62,658 bases of DNA, filler included, from Asterionella formosa (GCA_002256025.1; 8 parts of 8 records of this genome joined end to end with filler, not necessarily neighbours in it), one strand, 5' to 3'. Positions 1 to 11,100 are shown, counted from the first letter of the whole stretch. The notes: generated by a model not told the origin, from the letters alone. Program-made: numbers and translations.

Positions 1-372
1 ACAACACCGTTGTGCTGCGGAGTATGAGGTGCCGTAAATTCCATCTTGACACCTTGGTTTTCGCATACTTTCTTTAGTTGCTTGGAGTTCTCACCTGCGT
101 CATCACATCGGACAAACTTAGTCTTATGTCCCGCACCTGCAAGTTTTGTGAGTAACGCTCCAATGACAATTCCGATGTCACTTTTCTTCTTAATAACATA
201 ACTCCAGCGTTTCCTTGTATAATCGTCCACGGCCATCACCCAATACTGATTTCCCACAGCGGATTTTGCGTAGGGTCCGCTAATATCAATAAACAGTCTT
301 TCTCCTGGTGTCGTAGCCTTCTCTTGCGTCATCTTGGGTACTGCGCGTGCTTTCGCCTTGGCTGCTGCGTCG
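1..372 (-). mobile_element. Ty1/copia retrotransposon integrase core fragment, runs off the window start
   Basis: Manual minus-strand translation: AKAKARAVPK..TTPGERLFIDISGPY..GNQYWVMAVDDYTRKRWS..VRCDDAGEN..EFTAPHTPQHNGVV, the rve integrase signature of copia elements. Confidence 0.9.
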
Positions 373-390
373 AGCATCAACAGGGGAGGG

Positions 391-583
391 TGTCAGAGTG
401 TGTCTGTTAGGCTGTTGATGTCGACAGGTGTCCGAAGACTAGGTAGTCTGAGGAATGTCTAAACGGAAATAGACAGGATTTATATAGCAGAAGAATCTGC
501 AGACGAGCGGCGTGAGAAAGATCTTGACCGGTCATTCCAGGGCAGTACTGGAGCGCGCTAGAGTAGCGCCATATATTTCAACA
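391..583. mobile_element. LTR-like sequence (193 bp) with adjacent polypurine tract
   Basis: Starts TGTCAG and ends TCAACA; preceded by AGGGGAGGG (382-390); TATA-like word near 479-487; next to a copia integrase. Confidence 0.55.
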
Positions 584-2187
584 CCCCTGCTGGTGCAGCA
601 AACCAGAATATTTTAATGTTTGTTCATTCCAGCTTCAGATTCAGGATTTGATAATACAATAACAGGACCAGCCTTCTAGTCCTTCAATCAATCCACTTTA
701 GAACAGTAATAATATTATTAGAAATGACACTTTTCAACACTAGTAGAATCACTTCATGTTACACATGTGGAGCACTTCACATGGACAAACTCGAACAAGA
801 TGCCAGGACACTTACAACACATTTTATCCTTCATCCCAAAAAATTGTATGCTAGCTAGTCTCCTCCCGATTTTGACTCCATCGAGAATTCATGGGGTGCA
901 TATGGTCAAAATTGTAACTCTTCGAAAACTATGGAATCTTTGGCAAGCATTTCTTGAGCACCTTCACTGTAACTGCCAAAGTGATCCCTGAAAATGCTTA
1001 CCAGAAATTCCACAGTTTCAACGAAGTAGTCATCCAGACAACATTTGGATAATAAAGTTATGGCTTAAGAATTGGCGTTCCCATAATGTAAGTTTATAAA
1101 TCCATGATAATATATATTTTTATCTCAAGAGATGCTAAATTGTCAGCATGGTTTATATTCTGGTAAAAATATTGAAACAATTGAACAGACCATCACCCAC
1201 CTCACTCAAAATTGTTGCACCTCTGTCGTTTTTACTGTACTGCATCCTCTAAGGTAAGTTCATTGAGATGCGAATGATACCATGATAGTAGGCTGAGTTT
1301 TCAGTGACTCCACTCAAAGAAGCTTGCAACAGGAAACCATACACGCACAGCACAATGGTAAGTTTGTTCCTGATGTCAATTACAATTGGTCATTGCTCTA
1401 GCTGCATACAAAACAATACATGTCAATCATAATAACAACCTGTAATAGACTAGTAGTAGCTAGCATCTAGCGGCTTGCATTTGGAGGAGTAGCTCTTTGC
1501 CATTCATCTGATGACATCAGCCATGGTCATCGGTTGTTTCATCTGATTAGAGGGTTCTCCACTAATTAAGTCAAAACGTGCATAATAGTTTACTTTATGA
1601 AGCTAAACTAATATTTTCATCTAAGAATCATTTTTACTGCATGTTTTAAGTAGGGAACATACTAGAGTAATGTTCAAGATTGTACAAGTGAAGTCATTAA
1701 CATTATCTATTTGACTAGACTTGCTTTGCTCTCATAAATCTAAATGTCAGTAATGATTGTTTCAATAAATTTAAAAGCTAAATTAGATTACCAAAAAATG
1801 ATGCTATATTAATTGACTAATTTACACCACCAGCAAAGCCCTCAAATCCAATGCTTATCATCCACGTACACATTGATGCAAGTGAAGTGGACCATACACC
1901 ACTTGTGCACCGGTATCTCTTGGACGGTCCGGTAAAACACGTTTATAACTAAGGAAAAGATTAAGCTAAACATCTCGATTACCTGACCTTCCAGGGGGTA
2001 CCTGGTACCAGGTACCTGGTACACATCATCGTGGTATTACTGGTACGATTACGACTGGTAATCATTTATTTCACAAGAATTCAAATATTATTTTTTACCG
2101 ATTTTTTTTTTTTTTTTTAAAGAATAACGAAGGCAGATAATATTCATAGTTTATATATATATGACCTGTATGTCAATATGAAAGGCC

Positions 2188-3792
2188 ATGGCGAGAGGTC
2201 CATTGTCCTCTTCCTTTGGAATATTTCTCTCCTTTGGCCTCTTGTTCTGCCTATCTCTTCATTTTTGGAGTGCTCGCATCATTTTGAAAGAAAATGTCAG
2301 TTTTCTTGAGAGCCTTGCAGCTCACCAAGAGTCGCACCAGATTCCATTGTCGCGACGAGAGCAATCTGTGCTCCACAACGATACCAAGCGCGTACAGCTT
2401 GCAAAGGGGAAGTTATCATGTCACAAGTGGGGAGGTCCAGTAGATGCGTTGGAAATGGTTTACTGGCGAGATCAGGATTCGCAGTCAAATTTCTCACTAG
2501 TAGCCAGCAGCAGTCAGGAGAAATTCCTCTTGTTTGATGCAGACTGTGCGGGCTGGAACAACAAGAGAATCTCTTTTGAAATATTCTGTCTATTGGCTCG
2601 CCTAATGGGACGTACGCTCGTATTGCCACCGAAGGGAGAATGGTTCGGGTTATTTTTCAAGCCTAACATTTCCGTTTTAGGCTTTGATGATGTGTATGAT
2701 CTAAATCTACTGCAAACGGGCATTTCTGTCATTTCCACGCAGGAATTCCTTGACCGACAAGTTCTGACCTATCACAATAACACTGTAGCAACACCTCCAA
2801 AAAACCGAACGGACTGGGATGGGTCGTTGTTACTTGACTTGCGAACATGGCTCAGACAAGTCACTCATCCTTTGACATGGCGACACGAGGATTGTATCTT
2901 GGGGATTCCCTCGAACCCTAACGACGTGTCCCATCTCGTCCAGGCCTACCAAAACATTCAGCATCAGCAACACTCAGGAGGATATGTTCCTGTGAATGCT
3001 TCTATCGAAGACCGTATGCGAGAAATACTGCTTGGAAGAAGGCTCTGTTTTGACAACGAAACGATCCAACACAGCAAGTACCTCTACTATCAAATTACAC
3101 AGCAAGAGCCATTTTCCATGCAATTTAATCAACGGCTCTTGGTTTGGTTTTATCAATTTCTGTTTTTTGAAGACTACACTATGGAACTGTCGGCAAAGCG
3201 ATTTGTCCGTGACACATTGAGGTATAAGGATGAATTGCAATGTGCGGCAGCTAGGATTGTGCAAAAGTTGAGAGTAGCATCGAAAAATGGTGGAATTTTT
3301 TACACGTTTCATTGCCGGCGATCCGAACAATTCTCACATCAGTTTGGCCATCAACCAACCGCAATCGAAATTGTCGACATTTCGTTGGTAGATATCCCAG
3401 CTGGTTCCACTGTGTACATTGCAACAGATGAATTCAATCGAACATGGTTTCAGCCATTTCTGAAAACATGGAACGTATACTTTCTCAAGGACTTCGAAAA
3501 GGAAATCCAAGGCATAGCCAGTGATTATTACGGTATGATAGATCAATTGGTGGCCAGTCGAGGAACCAAATTCTTTGGATCTTGGTCGTCGACGTTTACA
3601 GGGTATATAAGTCGACTGCAGGGCTACCACACTCAATTGGAGCATCTGGATGGTTGGAAGGACGGCTTGATTGATACTTACTTTTATCAAACCGAAAGAC
3701 GATATGCCATGAGAAAGTATGAATCGCCCAAAAAGTATTGGTTCGCTAGGGAGTTTCCCCTGGCGTGGAGGGATATAGATCATGATGGCTAA
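2188..3792 (+). CDS. GDP-fucose protein O-fucosyltransferase family protein (type II membrane)
   Basis: 534 aa; N-terminal TM; GWNNKRISFE..GRTLVLPP, HCRR, YIATDE and MIDQLVASRG..FFGSWSSTFTGYI motifs of the O-FucT family. Confidence 0.85.
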   Translation: MARGPLSSSFGIFLSFGLLFCLSLHFWSARIILKENVSFLESLAAHQESHQIPLSRREQSVLHNDTKRVQLAKGKLSCHKWGGPVDALEMVYWRDQDSQSNFSLVASSSQEKFLLFDADCAGWNNKRISFEIFCLLARLMGRTLVLPPKGEWFGLFFKPNISVLGFDDVYDLNLLQTGISVISTQEFLDRQVLTYHNNTVATPPKNRTDWDGSLLLDLRTWLRQVTHPLTWRHEDCILGIPSNPNDVSHLVQAYQNIQHQQHSGGYVPVNASIEDRMREILLGRRLCFDNETIQHSKYLYYQITQQEPFSMQFNQRLLVWFYQFLFFEDYTMELSAKRFVRDTLRYKDELQCAAARIVQKLRVASKNGGIFYTFHCRRSEQFSHQFGHQPTAIEIVDISLVDIPAGSTVYIATDEFNRTWFQPFLKTWNVYFLKDFEKEIQGIASDYYGMIDQLVASRGTKFFGSWSSTFTGYISRLQGYHTQLEHLDGWKDGLIDTYFYQTERRYAMRKYESPKKYWFAREFPLAWRDIDHDG

Positions 3793-3979
3793 AATACACC
3801 GTCGTATTCTTTTCATGTACTCGATTTCTCTTGTTGACAACATTTGCGCAAGTGTAGCTGCCCTTGTACGGTGTGAACTTTCGGAAAAGCTCACCTATCA
3901 TGCCCAAGTGCCAAACAACGATAAGTCACATCACATTGATCCTTCGGCTTATGTAGCATTGATGCCTAGCGCCCATCTG

Positions 3980-5308
3980 CTACATGAATGAAACGACTGT
4001 GGAAAAAATTCCCTTTGGCGACCCATAATAAAAGTAATCTAGAAGTTGAACCTCTGATGCCTCAGCTGGCTTGTCAACGCCTAGACCACCCATTTTCAAT
4101 TCAGCTCTCCCATTTTCCATCAAAGCTCGAAGAAGTACGTGTTCTCCAATATGAACCCATCTAGAAGTGTTGATAACAAGCAACTCCGATGTATCGCCTT
4201 CGGGGATACAGTATATCTTTCCATTCTCAGCCAGCAGGCCATCAAACCAAGACTTCCCTGACAATGTTGGTCCAATCTCCTCGACAATAACATTTCCACT
4301 AGTCGTTGCATTGACACAAAGGACACGTGGAGCTCCATTCGGAATTCCATATACGCAGCCATCCTTCCCGACAATGCTTGCACTCCAAGGGCTATTTTCT
4401 CGACCGGCAGAAAAGGAAGGCCCTACAGCCGTACACGTCATTTCCTCTAGGGTGTATTCTAAAACACGCTCGATTCCTCCGGGAAGTTCGTAGATCTTGC
4501 CATTGGGGACCCCATGGAACGCCTGCGGTCCCCGTGGATGGGGTGCGTATGGATAATCCTTCCTAGTCACTAGGTCCGTAACTGAGTCAACGATAGAAAT
4601 GCCCATAGATGACAAATAGAGAATCTTATTTCCATCAGGTGAAAGTATCCCCGCATTTGAAAAATCACGTGCAACATTCCGCAGTTTGTACCATGACGAT
4701 GTATCCGGGTCAAACACTAAACGATGATTCCATCTACCACTTGTGGCGTAGATTTTCCCATTTCTGGCTACTGCGTCCAAATCAACGCCATCGCCGCCAA
4801 CTTCTTGACAGACAGGACCGAAAGCGGACACCGTATCACGAGATGGATTGAGCTGGTATATTTGGCTATGATCGGAAAAGTAGATGTTGTCGTCGAAGCC
4901 AAGAACACACCTAAATGCTCCAGATTCCCTCGGGTATGGAATGAACGATATCGTTTCTGTCTCTGGGTCGATTTTCAGAATATTCTGGGCATCTAATGGT
5001 ACAGCATATATACAACCATTCTTTGCAAGGACAGCATGGCAATACATTGGTCTCAAGAGCTCATTGTGGCCCTCGACATGAGAGAATATCACGTCTCCGA
5101 TCAAGGAAATCTCCTCTGTTTTAGGGTTGATACACAAAACTCTAGAAGCTATGGCAGGAGGGCAGTATATTTTCCCGTTCGGAGCTTTGACAGGCCATTC
5201 CCAGAGCCCTACATCATATTCGTCAGAGCTCATTTCCTGAAGAAGAATTTTCTCATTGAAAGAAATGAGATGTTCTATGCTCATGGTTTTGATCCGGTCT
5301 GGTGCCAT
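3980..5308 (-). CDS. Beta-propeller repeat protein (NGKIYxxP..RVLxI repeats), function unknown
   Basis: 442 aa intronless ORF with about 7-8 repeats, e.g. APNGKIYCPP..RVLCINP, AKNGCIYAVP..NILKIDP, GKDGCVYGIP..RVLCVN, AENGKIYCIP. Confidence 0.75.
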   Translation of the reverse strand: MAPDRIKTMSIEHLISFNEKILLQEMSSDEYDVGLWEWPVKAPNGKIYCPPAIASRVLCINPKTEEISLIGDVIFSHVEGHNELLRPMYCHAVLAKNGCIYAVPLDAQNILKIDPETETISFIPYPRESGAFRCVLGFDDNIYFSDHSQIYQLNPSRDTVSAFGPVCQEVGGDGVDLDAVARNGKIYATSGRWNHRLVFDPDTSSWYKLRNVARDFSNAGILSPDGNKILYLSSMGISIVDSVTDLVTRKDYPYAPHPRGPQAFHGVPNGKIYELPGGIERVLEYTLEEMTCTAVGPSFSAGRENSPWSASIVGKDGCVYGIPNGAPRVLCVNATTSGNVIVEEIGPTLSGKSWFDGLLAENGKIYCIPEGDTSELLVINTSRWVHIGEHVLLRALMENGRAELKMGGLGVDKPAEASEVQLLDYFYYGSPKGIFSTVVSFM

Positions 5309-5952
5309 TGTTCCTTGTGGTATGATAAATCATTGCAAGGCTAATAGCCATGTGGCATACATTGACAACTAAGCAAACAAAAGAATTTTTTTCACAACTT
5401 TTCGAATAACACACTTTCTATCTACCCGGTTTATAGTAAGATGTGCACAGCTATACAGTACCTAGGAGTACTACCGGTATATGGCCGCCATCCTCAAACG
5501 TATGTCTTGCACTGGTAATCAATCATTGAGGGCATAATATGATGGCGGCAGTAACTCACACTATCGGACATATCTCCTAGTACATAATTGACACATCATC
5601 CTGTATCAGGAACACTTTCATATTGCCCTTTCAACAAACTGTACGTCACTTGTAGCAAGGACGGAATTCTCGCTGTCTAATTAATATTGCGTGTTCGTCT
5701 CCCTCGTTTATGCAATTACGCACAAATACTGGTAGTTACATACTGGGTCATCTTTTGTATGGTTAAATACGACAGGACAAAAGTTACCACATGATCTGGC
5801 AGACTTGGACTACCGTACCGGGGATGTACCGGTATATATTCTTATATCATTTTATATGAAAATCTTAAAAGGAAATTGCTACTCGAGTAGTCCACTGTTT
5901 ATTTTACTCCACAACTATTATTGCCTCGTTTCCATTTACAAACGATTTCTCA

Positions 5953-7023
5953 ATGACAATGAATGCAGCAGTCTATCATTCCTTTGGAGGCCCGATTCTT
6001 GTGGAACGGGTTCCCGTTCCTCAGGCACCCCCCGATGGTGTTGTAATTGAAGTCAAGGCAACAGGTGTATGTAGATCTGACTGGCATGGTTGGAAGGGTC
6101 ACGACAGCGATATTTTGGCGCATGGGTTGCCGTTTGTTCCTGGGCATGAAGTGAGTGGTATTGTGGTGGAGACCGGGCCCCTAGTGAAGAATGTATTCAT
6201 CGGCGATCACGTTGCTGTTCCATTTATTTTAAGCTGTGGCTCCTGTACAGCCTGTCACGCATCTAGACCAACGATATGTCACCGTCAAGAGCAACCTGGC
6301 TTTACTCAGTGGGGATCTTTCGCTCAGTTCGTCGCCTTGCCTCGAGCCGATAGAAATTTAAGGATGATTCCAAAAGGAGTGACATTTGTCGAAGCAGCAG
6401 CATTAGGATGTCGTTTCACAACTGCATATCGTGCCGTTTTGCAACAAGGTAGATTGAAATCAGGAGAGACAGTGGCAGTCTTTGGATGTGGTGGATTGGG
6501 TCTGTCTTGCATCATGTTGGCTCAGGGAGCAAGCATCATTATTGCTATTGACGTAAACGTCGCAGCACTCGAAAAGGCGAAGACACTTGGAGCGACTCAT
6601 ACAATTCACGTATCCAGTGATGAACAAGTTCGAGCCGAAGTATGGAGGATTTCGCGCAATGAAGGAGTGGATGTAGCCATTGATGCGGCTGGCGTTCCCT
6701 CGTCTTGCGAAAATGCCGTGTACTGCACGCGACGGGCCGGGCGTATGGTCCAAGTTGGTCTGCCTATTGGTGGACGACCCCCACTTGTTCCCATGGGACT
6801 AGTTGCAAGTAGAGAATTAGAATTGATCGGTTCGCATGGGTTTGCAGCCCACGATTTACCGGATTTATTAGGCATGGTGGCAGATGGACGTTTGACACCA
6901 ATGTCATTAGTAGAGCAGTGCGTCACACTAGAGCAAGGGGCCCAGACACTTATGGATATGGACCACATCAGTCCACTTGGTATGACTGTTACTACAGATT
7001 TTGGAGGGGGTAGCAAGCTTTGA
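5953..7023 (+). CDS. Zinc-dependent alcohol dehydrogenase (MDR family)
   Basis: GVCRSDWH, GHE, structural-Zn CGSCTACH..C and Rossmann GCGGLG motifs; 356 aa. Confidence 0.93.
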   Translation: MTMNAAVYHSFGGPILVERVPVPQAPPDGVVIEVKATGVCRSDWHGWKGHDSDILAHGLPFVPGHEVSGIVVETGPLVKNVFIGDHVAVPFILSCGSCTACHASRPTICHRQEQPGFTQWGSFAQFVALPRADRNLRMIPKGVTFVEAAALGCRFTTAYRAVLQQGRLKSGETVAVFGCGGLGLSCIMLAQGASIIIAIDVNVAALEKAKTLGATHTIHVSSDEQVRAEVWRISRNEGVDVAIDAAGVPSSCENAVYCTRRAGRMVQVGLPIGGRPPLVPMGLVASRELELIGSHGFAAHDLPDLLGMVADGRLTPMSLVEQCVTLEQGAQTLMDMDHISPLGMTVTTDFGGGSKL

Positions 7024-7235
7024 TGGAAGAACATCAATTGCGAAATTAACAACTAAACTTTCACCTGGTTCTGGAAGGACCAGTATTCTGTTGTGACTAC
7101 CGGTATTTATTTTATGTATACGCTAGCAATTGAAGCCACTAACCGGGTGCTCAACTTGGTGCACGACGTGGTCGTTGACTCAGATGCTAGAGCCAAAATG
7201 GAATCAGTTTGTGTTGACCTGGCCACAGAGAATTT

Positions 7236-7634
7236 TTACAACCCCAGCTTGGTTTCCATGGCAGCATGTGGATTCTTAACGGAAGAAATAGGCATATCTT
7301 CAGGTCGTCCAATGAAGTCTGCAAAGTCAATGTACGTAGAGGTTCCCATCACGGTCTCAAACATCACATTTGACGGTCCTCCAAGAGCATCCATGCCAGG
7401 AAGTCGGCCTCCGACATTCATAGCCATTTGCCGCTCTGTCGCCAATCTCATGGCCAAACCAGATCCGTAAATGCGCCTCACGTCCTCAAGATCGTCGAAT
7501 CTGTTACTTTGCTGTGCTCGCTGCATCTCATCCACAGGGTGACGCTGAAGGCCCTGCGACGCCAGGTTGTTGCTGTTGGGGCCTTCCTCCATCATATTGA
7601 CTGGTGTGCGAATCACCGGAATTTGAGAAGACAT
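7236..7634 (-). CDS. UMP1: Proteasome maturation factor UMP1/POMP
   Basis: 132 aa; HPV..Q, RRIYGSGLAMRLATER, GRLPG, SNVMFETVMG..IDFADF and PHAAMETKLGL match the UMP1 family pattern. Confidence 0.85.
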   Translation of the reverse strand: MSSQIPVIRTPVNMMEEGPNSNNLASQGLQRHPVDEMQRAQQSNRFDDLEDVRRIYGSGLAMRLATERQMAMNVGGRLPGMDALGGPSNVMFETVMGTSTYIDFADFIGRPEDMPISSVKNPHAAMETKLGL

Positions 7635-8251
7635 GGCTGGCAGTGCTTATGGATGTAAAAGAAGTGGAGACAGAGTCGAAATAATGAAAGAACGTCAACC
7701 TCGTGGAAGCACAGAAGCAAAAATGAATTTGTCTCATTGTCATAATCATCACGGGGTGTGCTGTCGGCAGAGTCAAGTAGGTCGGCGAATGTTCGGAATG
7801 CTTCTATTTCTCCTCCAGTGATAATTCTATACTGGAGATTCCCAAAATCGAATGTTTTAGTCGAACGAATCAAACCAAGGTTGGCTCGTCCTGCCCTTGC
7901 AATTCCCTGCTTACTGTGCATATGGTGGTGGCAACAATTCCATTCAATGACATGATGCATGCTATTATAGCAGACATTTTATTAGGAACTAGAAACGGTA
8001 TGTAGATTCCCCCTGTATACAGTAAAAGGAGAAAATGCTTAGGTATTTGTAGCCTCAGGCTACATGTACTCCTCCTTGTTGCTGCTGATTCTAATTGATA
8101 CAGAAGAAGTTGTTGGTGATCAAGATGTTGCTTGTATGAATTAATCCTGGCTTACGTTATATATATATAATGTATATCATAACTTGGAAGATTCTTCTAT
8201 TCTGTAGCTCTCACGCAGTAAGAATTACTAGAAATATCTTGTTTCTACACC

Positions 8252-8408
8252 GGGGAATGGCTTAGTAGTTAGCACACCCACTGTGGTGGCGGGTTCGATT
8301 CCTGCATTCTCCACCTGCCTTTTTCATGTAGTCCCTACGGTTCCGGGGGGTGCGGCTGACGAAAAGACAGGTCCCGTTGTACCGTACGGACGAATAAAAC
8401 AGGTACTA
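8252..8408 (+). mobile_element. tRNA-derived SINE-like element (A box, B box, structured body)
   Basis: GGGGAATGGCTTAGTAGTTAG (A box), GGTTCGATTCC (B box), acceptor complement ATTCTCC; the body 8319-8408 recurs at 58237-58330. Confidence 0.65.
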
Positions 8409-9170
8409 ATTGTGTCCATCTATTTGGTGGGCCCGAGTGCAATTATCGGATAGCTTTAATGTACAATAAAAATTTAATTGACATCATAGAAGTATCTTTC
8501 TACAGAATCGGTTTGTTTTAAATTGCTAATAATTCTTACTTTTATAAACAAGTGAGCTTATATTTTTTGAATGAATAATTTTGAAACTTCCAAGCCCAGG
8601 TATATTTCAAAAAAGAGATGATCTTTTTTGGCGATGCTCGTGTTTGTTCCCAAATTGAACTGAAAAACTCAAATGCACTTATGTCTCTCCTCAATGTAGC
8701 CTGTCTCACCTTCGTTTTGATCAACAACTGATCACAGAATGATACTGTTAATCAAACTAGTATCCTTTTAGTTTGATCCCTTACTGTTCCTTGATTTAGC
8801 GGACATATCTGCAATTAATCTTGTCAATTCATTTATCAATTTGGTTTGCCTCGCGCTACTATTTAGTAGAAGGTCCATTTGCATTTGTGTCCAGCATGAG
8901 CAAGGTGGAGACATGTTTGTGGGAAGGTCCTTATGTGGTCTACCCTTGTTACTTACACAATTCTCTTCCTTTCCCCCTATATTTTTATAATCTGAAATCT
9001 ATGGTACTGGTGTGACATCACAATGGATCAATGAAACCAAAGCTGCAGTGTTTCCAATGATGCTCCCATGTAATACGTACCAGTTCTTGATGTACCAGCT
9101 CGTATATCAGAATGTGGATGCAGATGCAAGTACCACCTGGTAAAGTATTTGCACAGGTATTTGTCGTAGC

Positions 9171-9680
9171 TAGTCACGTGATCACTTTCGTATTCTATTG
9201 CCAATTACATCCAAGTGTGATATAAACAGCAAAAACAAAAGCATCATTGGCACAGCTATATTTCTTAGTCACGTGATCATTTTCGTATTCTATCGCCTAT
9301 TACATGCTGGAGTGATAGTAACAGCAAAAGCATCATTTGTAGTAAGCAAAATATAAACAAGCGCAGAACATATAGTACCATGACGAAAGCATATGCTGTT
9401 GGACACAGAAGTACAGTTACCAATTGTTTACTTCTACTAATGTGAGATTATTTTAAGCTCCACTGGTAAATAATCATTCTTCATGCTGTACATATACATA
9501 TGTTAAATGCAAGTAATATAATACATACATCACATATCAAATGTCTTCAACCTGTAATCAACATCATACACACACCATAAATCTTCACTTGTGTGCCTTC
9601 TGTATAGCTGATCCATTTCTCCTTAAAATACTAATTTGCATATCTGGATGTTGTAGTCACGTGATCATTTTCGTATTCTA
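9171..9680 (+). repeat. Three copies of TAGTCACGTGATCA(C/T)TTTCGTATTCTA
   Basis: Copies start at 9171, 9266 and 9654; the first two form a ~95-bp tandem. Confidence 0.8.
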
Positions 9681-9774
9681 TGTGGTGCTAAGAGGCTGAG
9701 AGGTGTACTCCGGTTCATACATCCACAAACAAATAAAACGTTTACGTATAAGGTATACCAGGTACTCTAGCTAC

Positions 9775-11100
9775 CAGGTTGTTATAAATGGCTTTTTAGC
9801 TATGTTTTATTACATCGTTCCTAACTATTTCTAGATGTATGCTAAAATCGATCCCCTCTTTCGCCCTTTGGCACGATATTAGTTACTTCATTACTAAGCT
9901 ACATGAGAATTTGATCATTTTTTTTACTTGAACATATATTAACTGAGATCTATCGATTTTAAAAGTGACAAAACCCCGTTGAAGTGGCTCAAAGTCATTG
10001 ATGAAAAAATTTAACATAGACTACATGAAGTTATTTTTATAGGCGACGGTTAGAAAACATTACATCGTTTGCATTATTTTCGCAGTAGTTGCATCGTTTC
10101 TATAGACTGATGGTGTTCTTGTCGGTTCTGGCTCCTCGTATTTTTTCGCAGTAGGTGTTGCATCATTCTTAGACTTGTGGTAATCCCATCATATCTTGTT
10201 ATGTAATAGGAGCGACCAAAGGGTGCTGAGGAAGTGGCGCTGTTACAGCAGTTGCAACTGGTACTGCAGCGTTGCACGCATCATGGTGTCATGGTATTTA
10301 TTACGCAGTAGTTGTTTCGTTGTTGGTAATGGAAGATCGCCTGCTTGCTTGTACCACATTGTCATTGTTTTTGTTTGTGCTACTGTTCACACATCTAGCT
10401 GTTTGTGAAGCTATCTGATTGCATAAATATTGTTTGCAAGCACCATGTGTGCATCTATTTTCTTATTCTCTCGCTCACTCTGCATTTCTTCCGCATGCCT
10501 TTCCCTTTTAGCTGGTCATCGACCACTTCAGGACCCAACAAGTATCTGCCTGCAGCAACATGAACACCGGCTGTGTATCTTTTCCTGCTTGCAAGTGCTC
10601 TTTCTTTTCGTTGGCGGGCAAGTTTGTTGTCCAGATCTATTCCGTTTCTAGCGTCCTCACGATTGCGATACGGTACGACATGATCAACAAGCGTTCCAGT
10701 GACACCTTGGCTCAATTTTAGTCCGGATGGGGGAATGGAAGAGGCGGGTTGATTATTGTTTGCTTCTGTTTGCAGATTTGAGGTACTTGTTCATTGAATT
10801 TCCAGAAGGAGCAACAACAAGTTGTAGTTCAATGGACCCCAACCTCTTTCAGCACCAGCTTTTTGGTTTGTAGCGATATGGGCAAAGGATGCACCCCATG
10901 CTTTTGACACCAGGTCAACAATATCTTCCTTTTCAACAGCAAATGCAGCACGGCGCCTTTCCTTTGGGGTGAGCAAGTCTCTCTTGCATTTTGTGAGTTG
11001 GATCTTTAAACTTGAATTTACAGTCAGGGTGGAAATTGATGAGCTATGTCCTGCCAACAACTGTGAATCATTTTTTGCCATAGTAGCATGTAATTGCACT
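9775..11100 (-). mobile_element. Decayed DNA transposon copy 1 (pogo/DDE_1-like transposase C-terminal remnant plus terminal region)
   Basis: Shares long blocks with 20695-21450 (e.g. TATGCTAAAATCGATCCCCTCTTT..CCCTTTGGCACGATATTAGTTA); remnant EDIVDLVSKAWGASFA..ERGWGPLNYNLL. Confidence 0.6.

Noticed and set aside
1842..2024. YVDD-containing ORF as a copia reverse transcriptase
   Set aside because: Only a 4-residue match; the surrounding RT motifs are not recognisable
8252..8313. Functional tRNA gene
   Set aside because: Only about 62 nt, with a shortened anticodon/variable region, and followed by a dispersed repeat body
8340..8408. Hammerhead ribozyme (CTGACGA / CTGATGA core) or HDV-like fold in the SINE-like body
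   Set aside because: No stem II directly after CUGANGA and no properly placed GAAA/NUH; the HDV-like P3/L3 spacing does not fit
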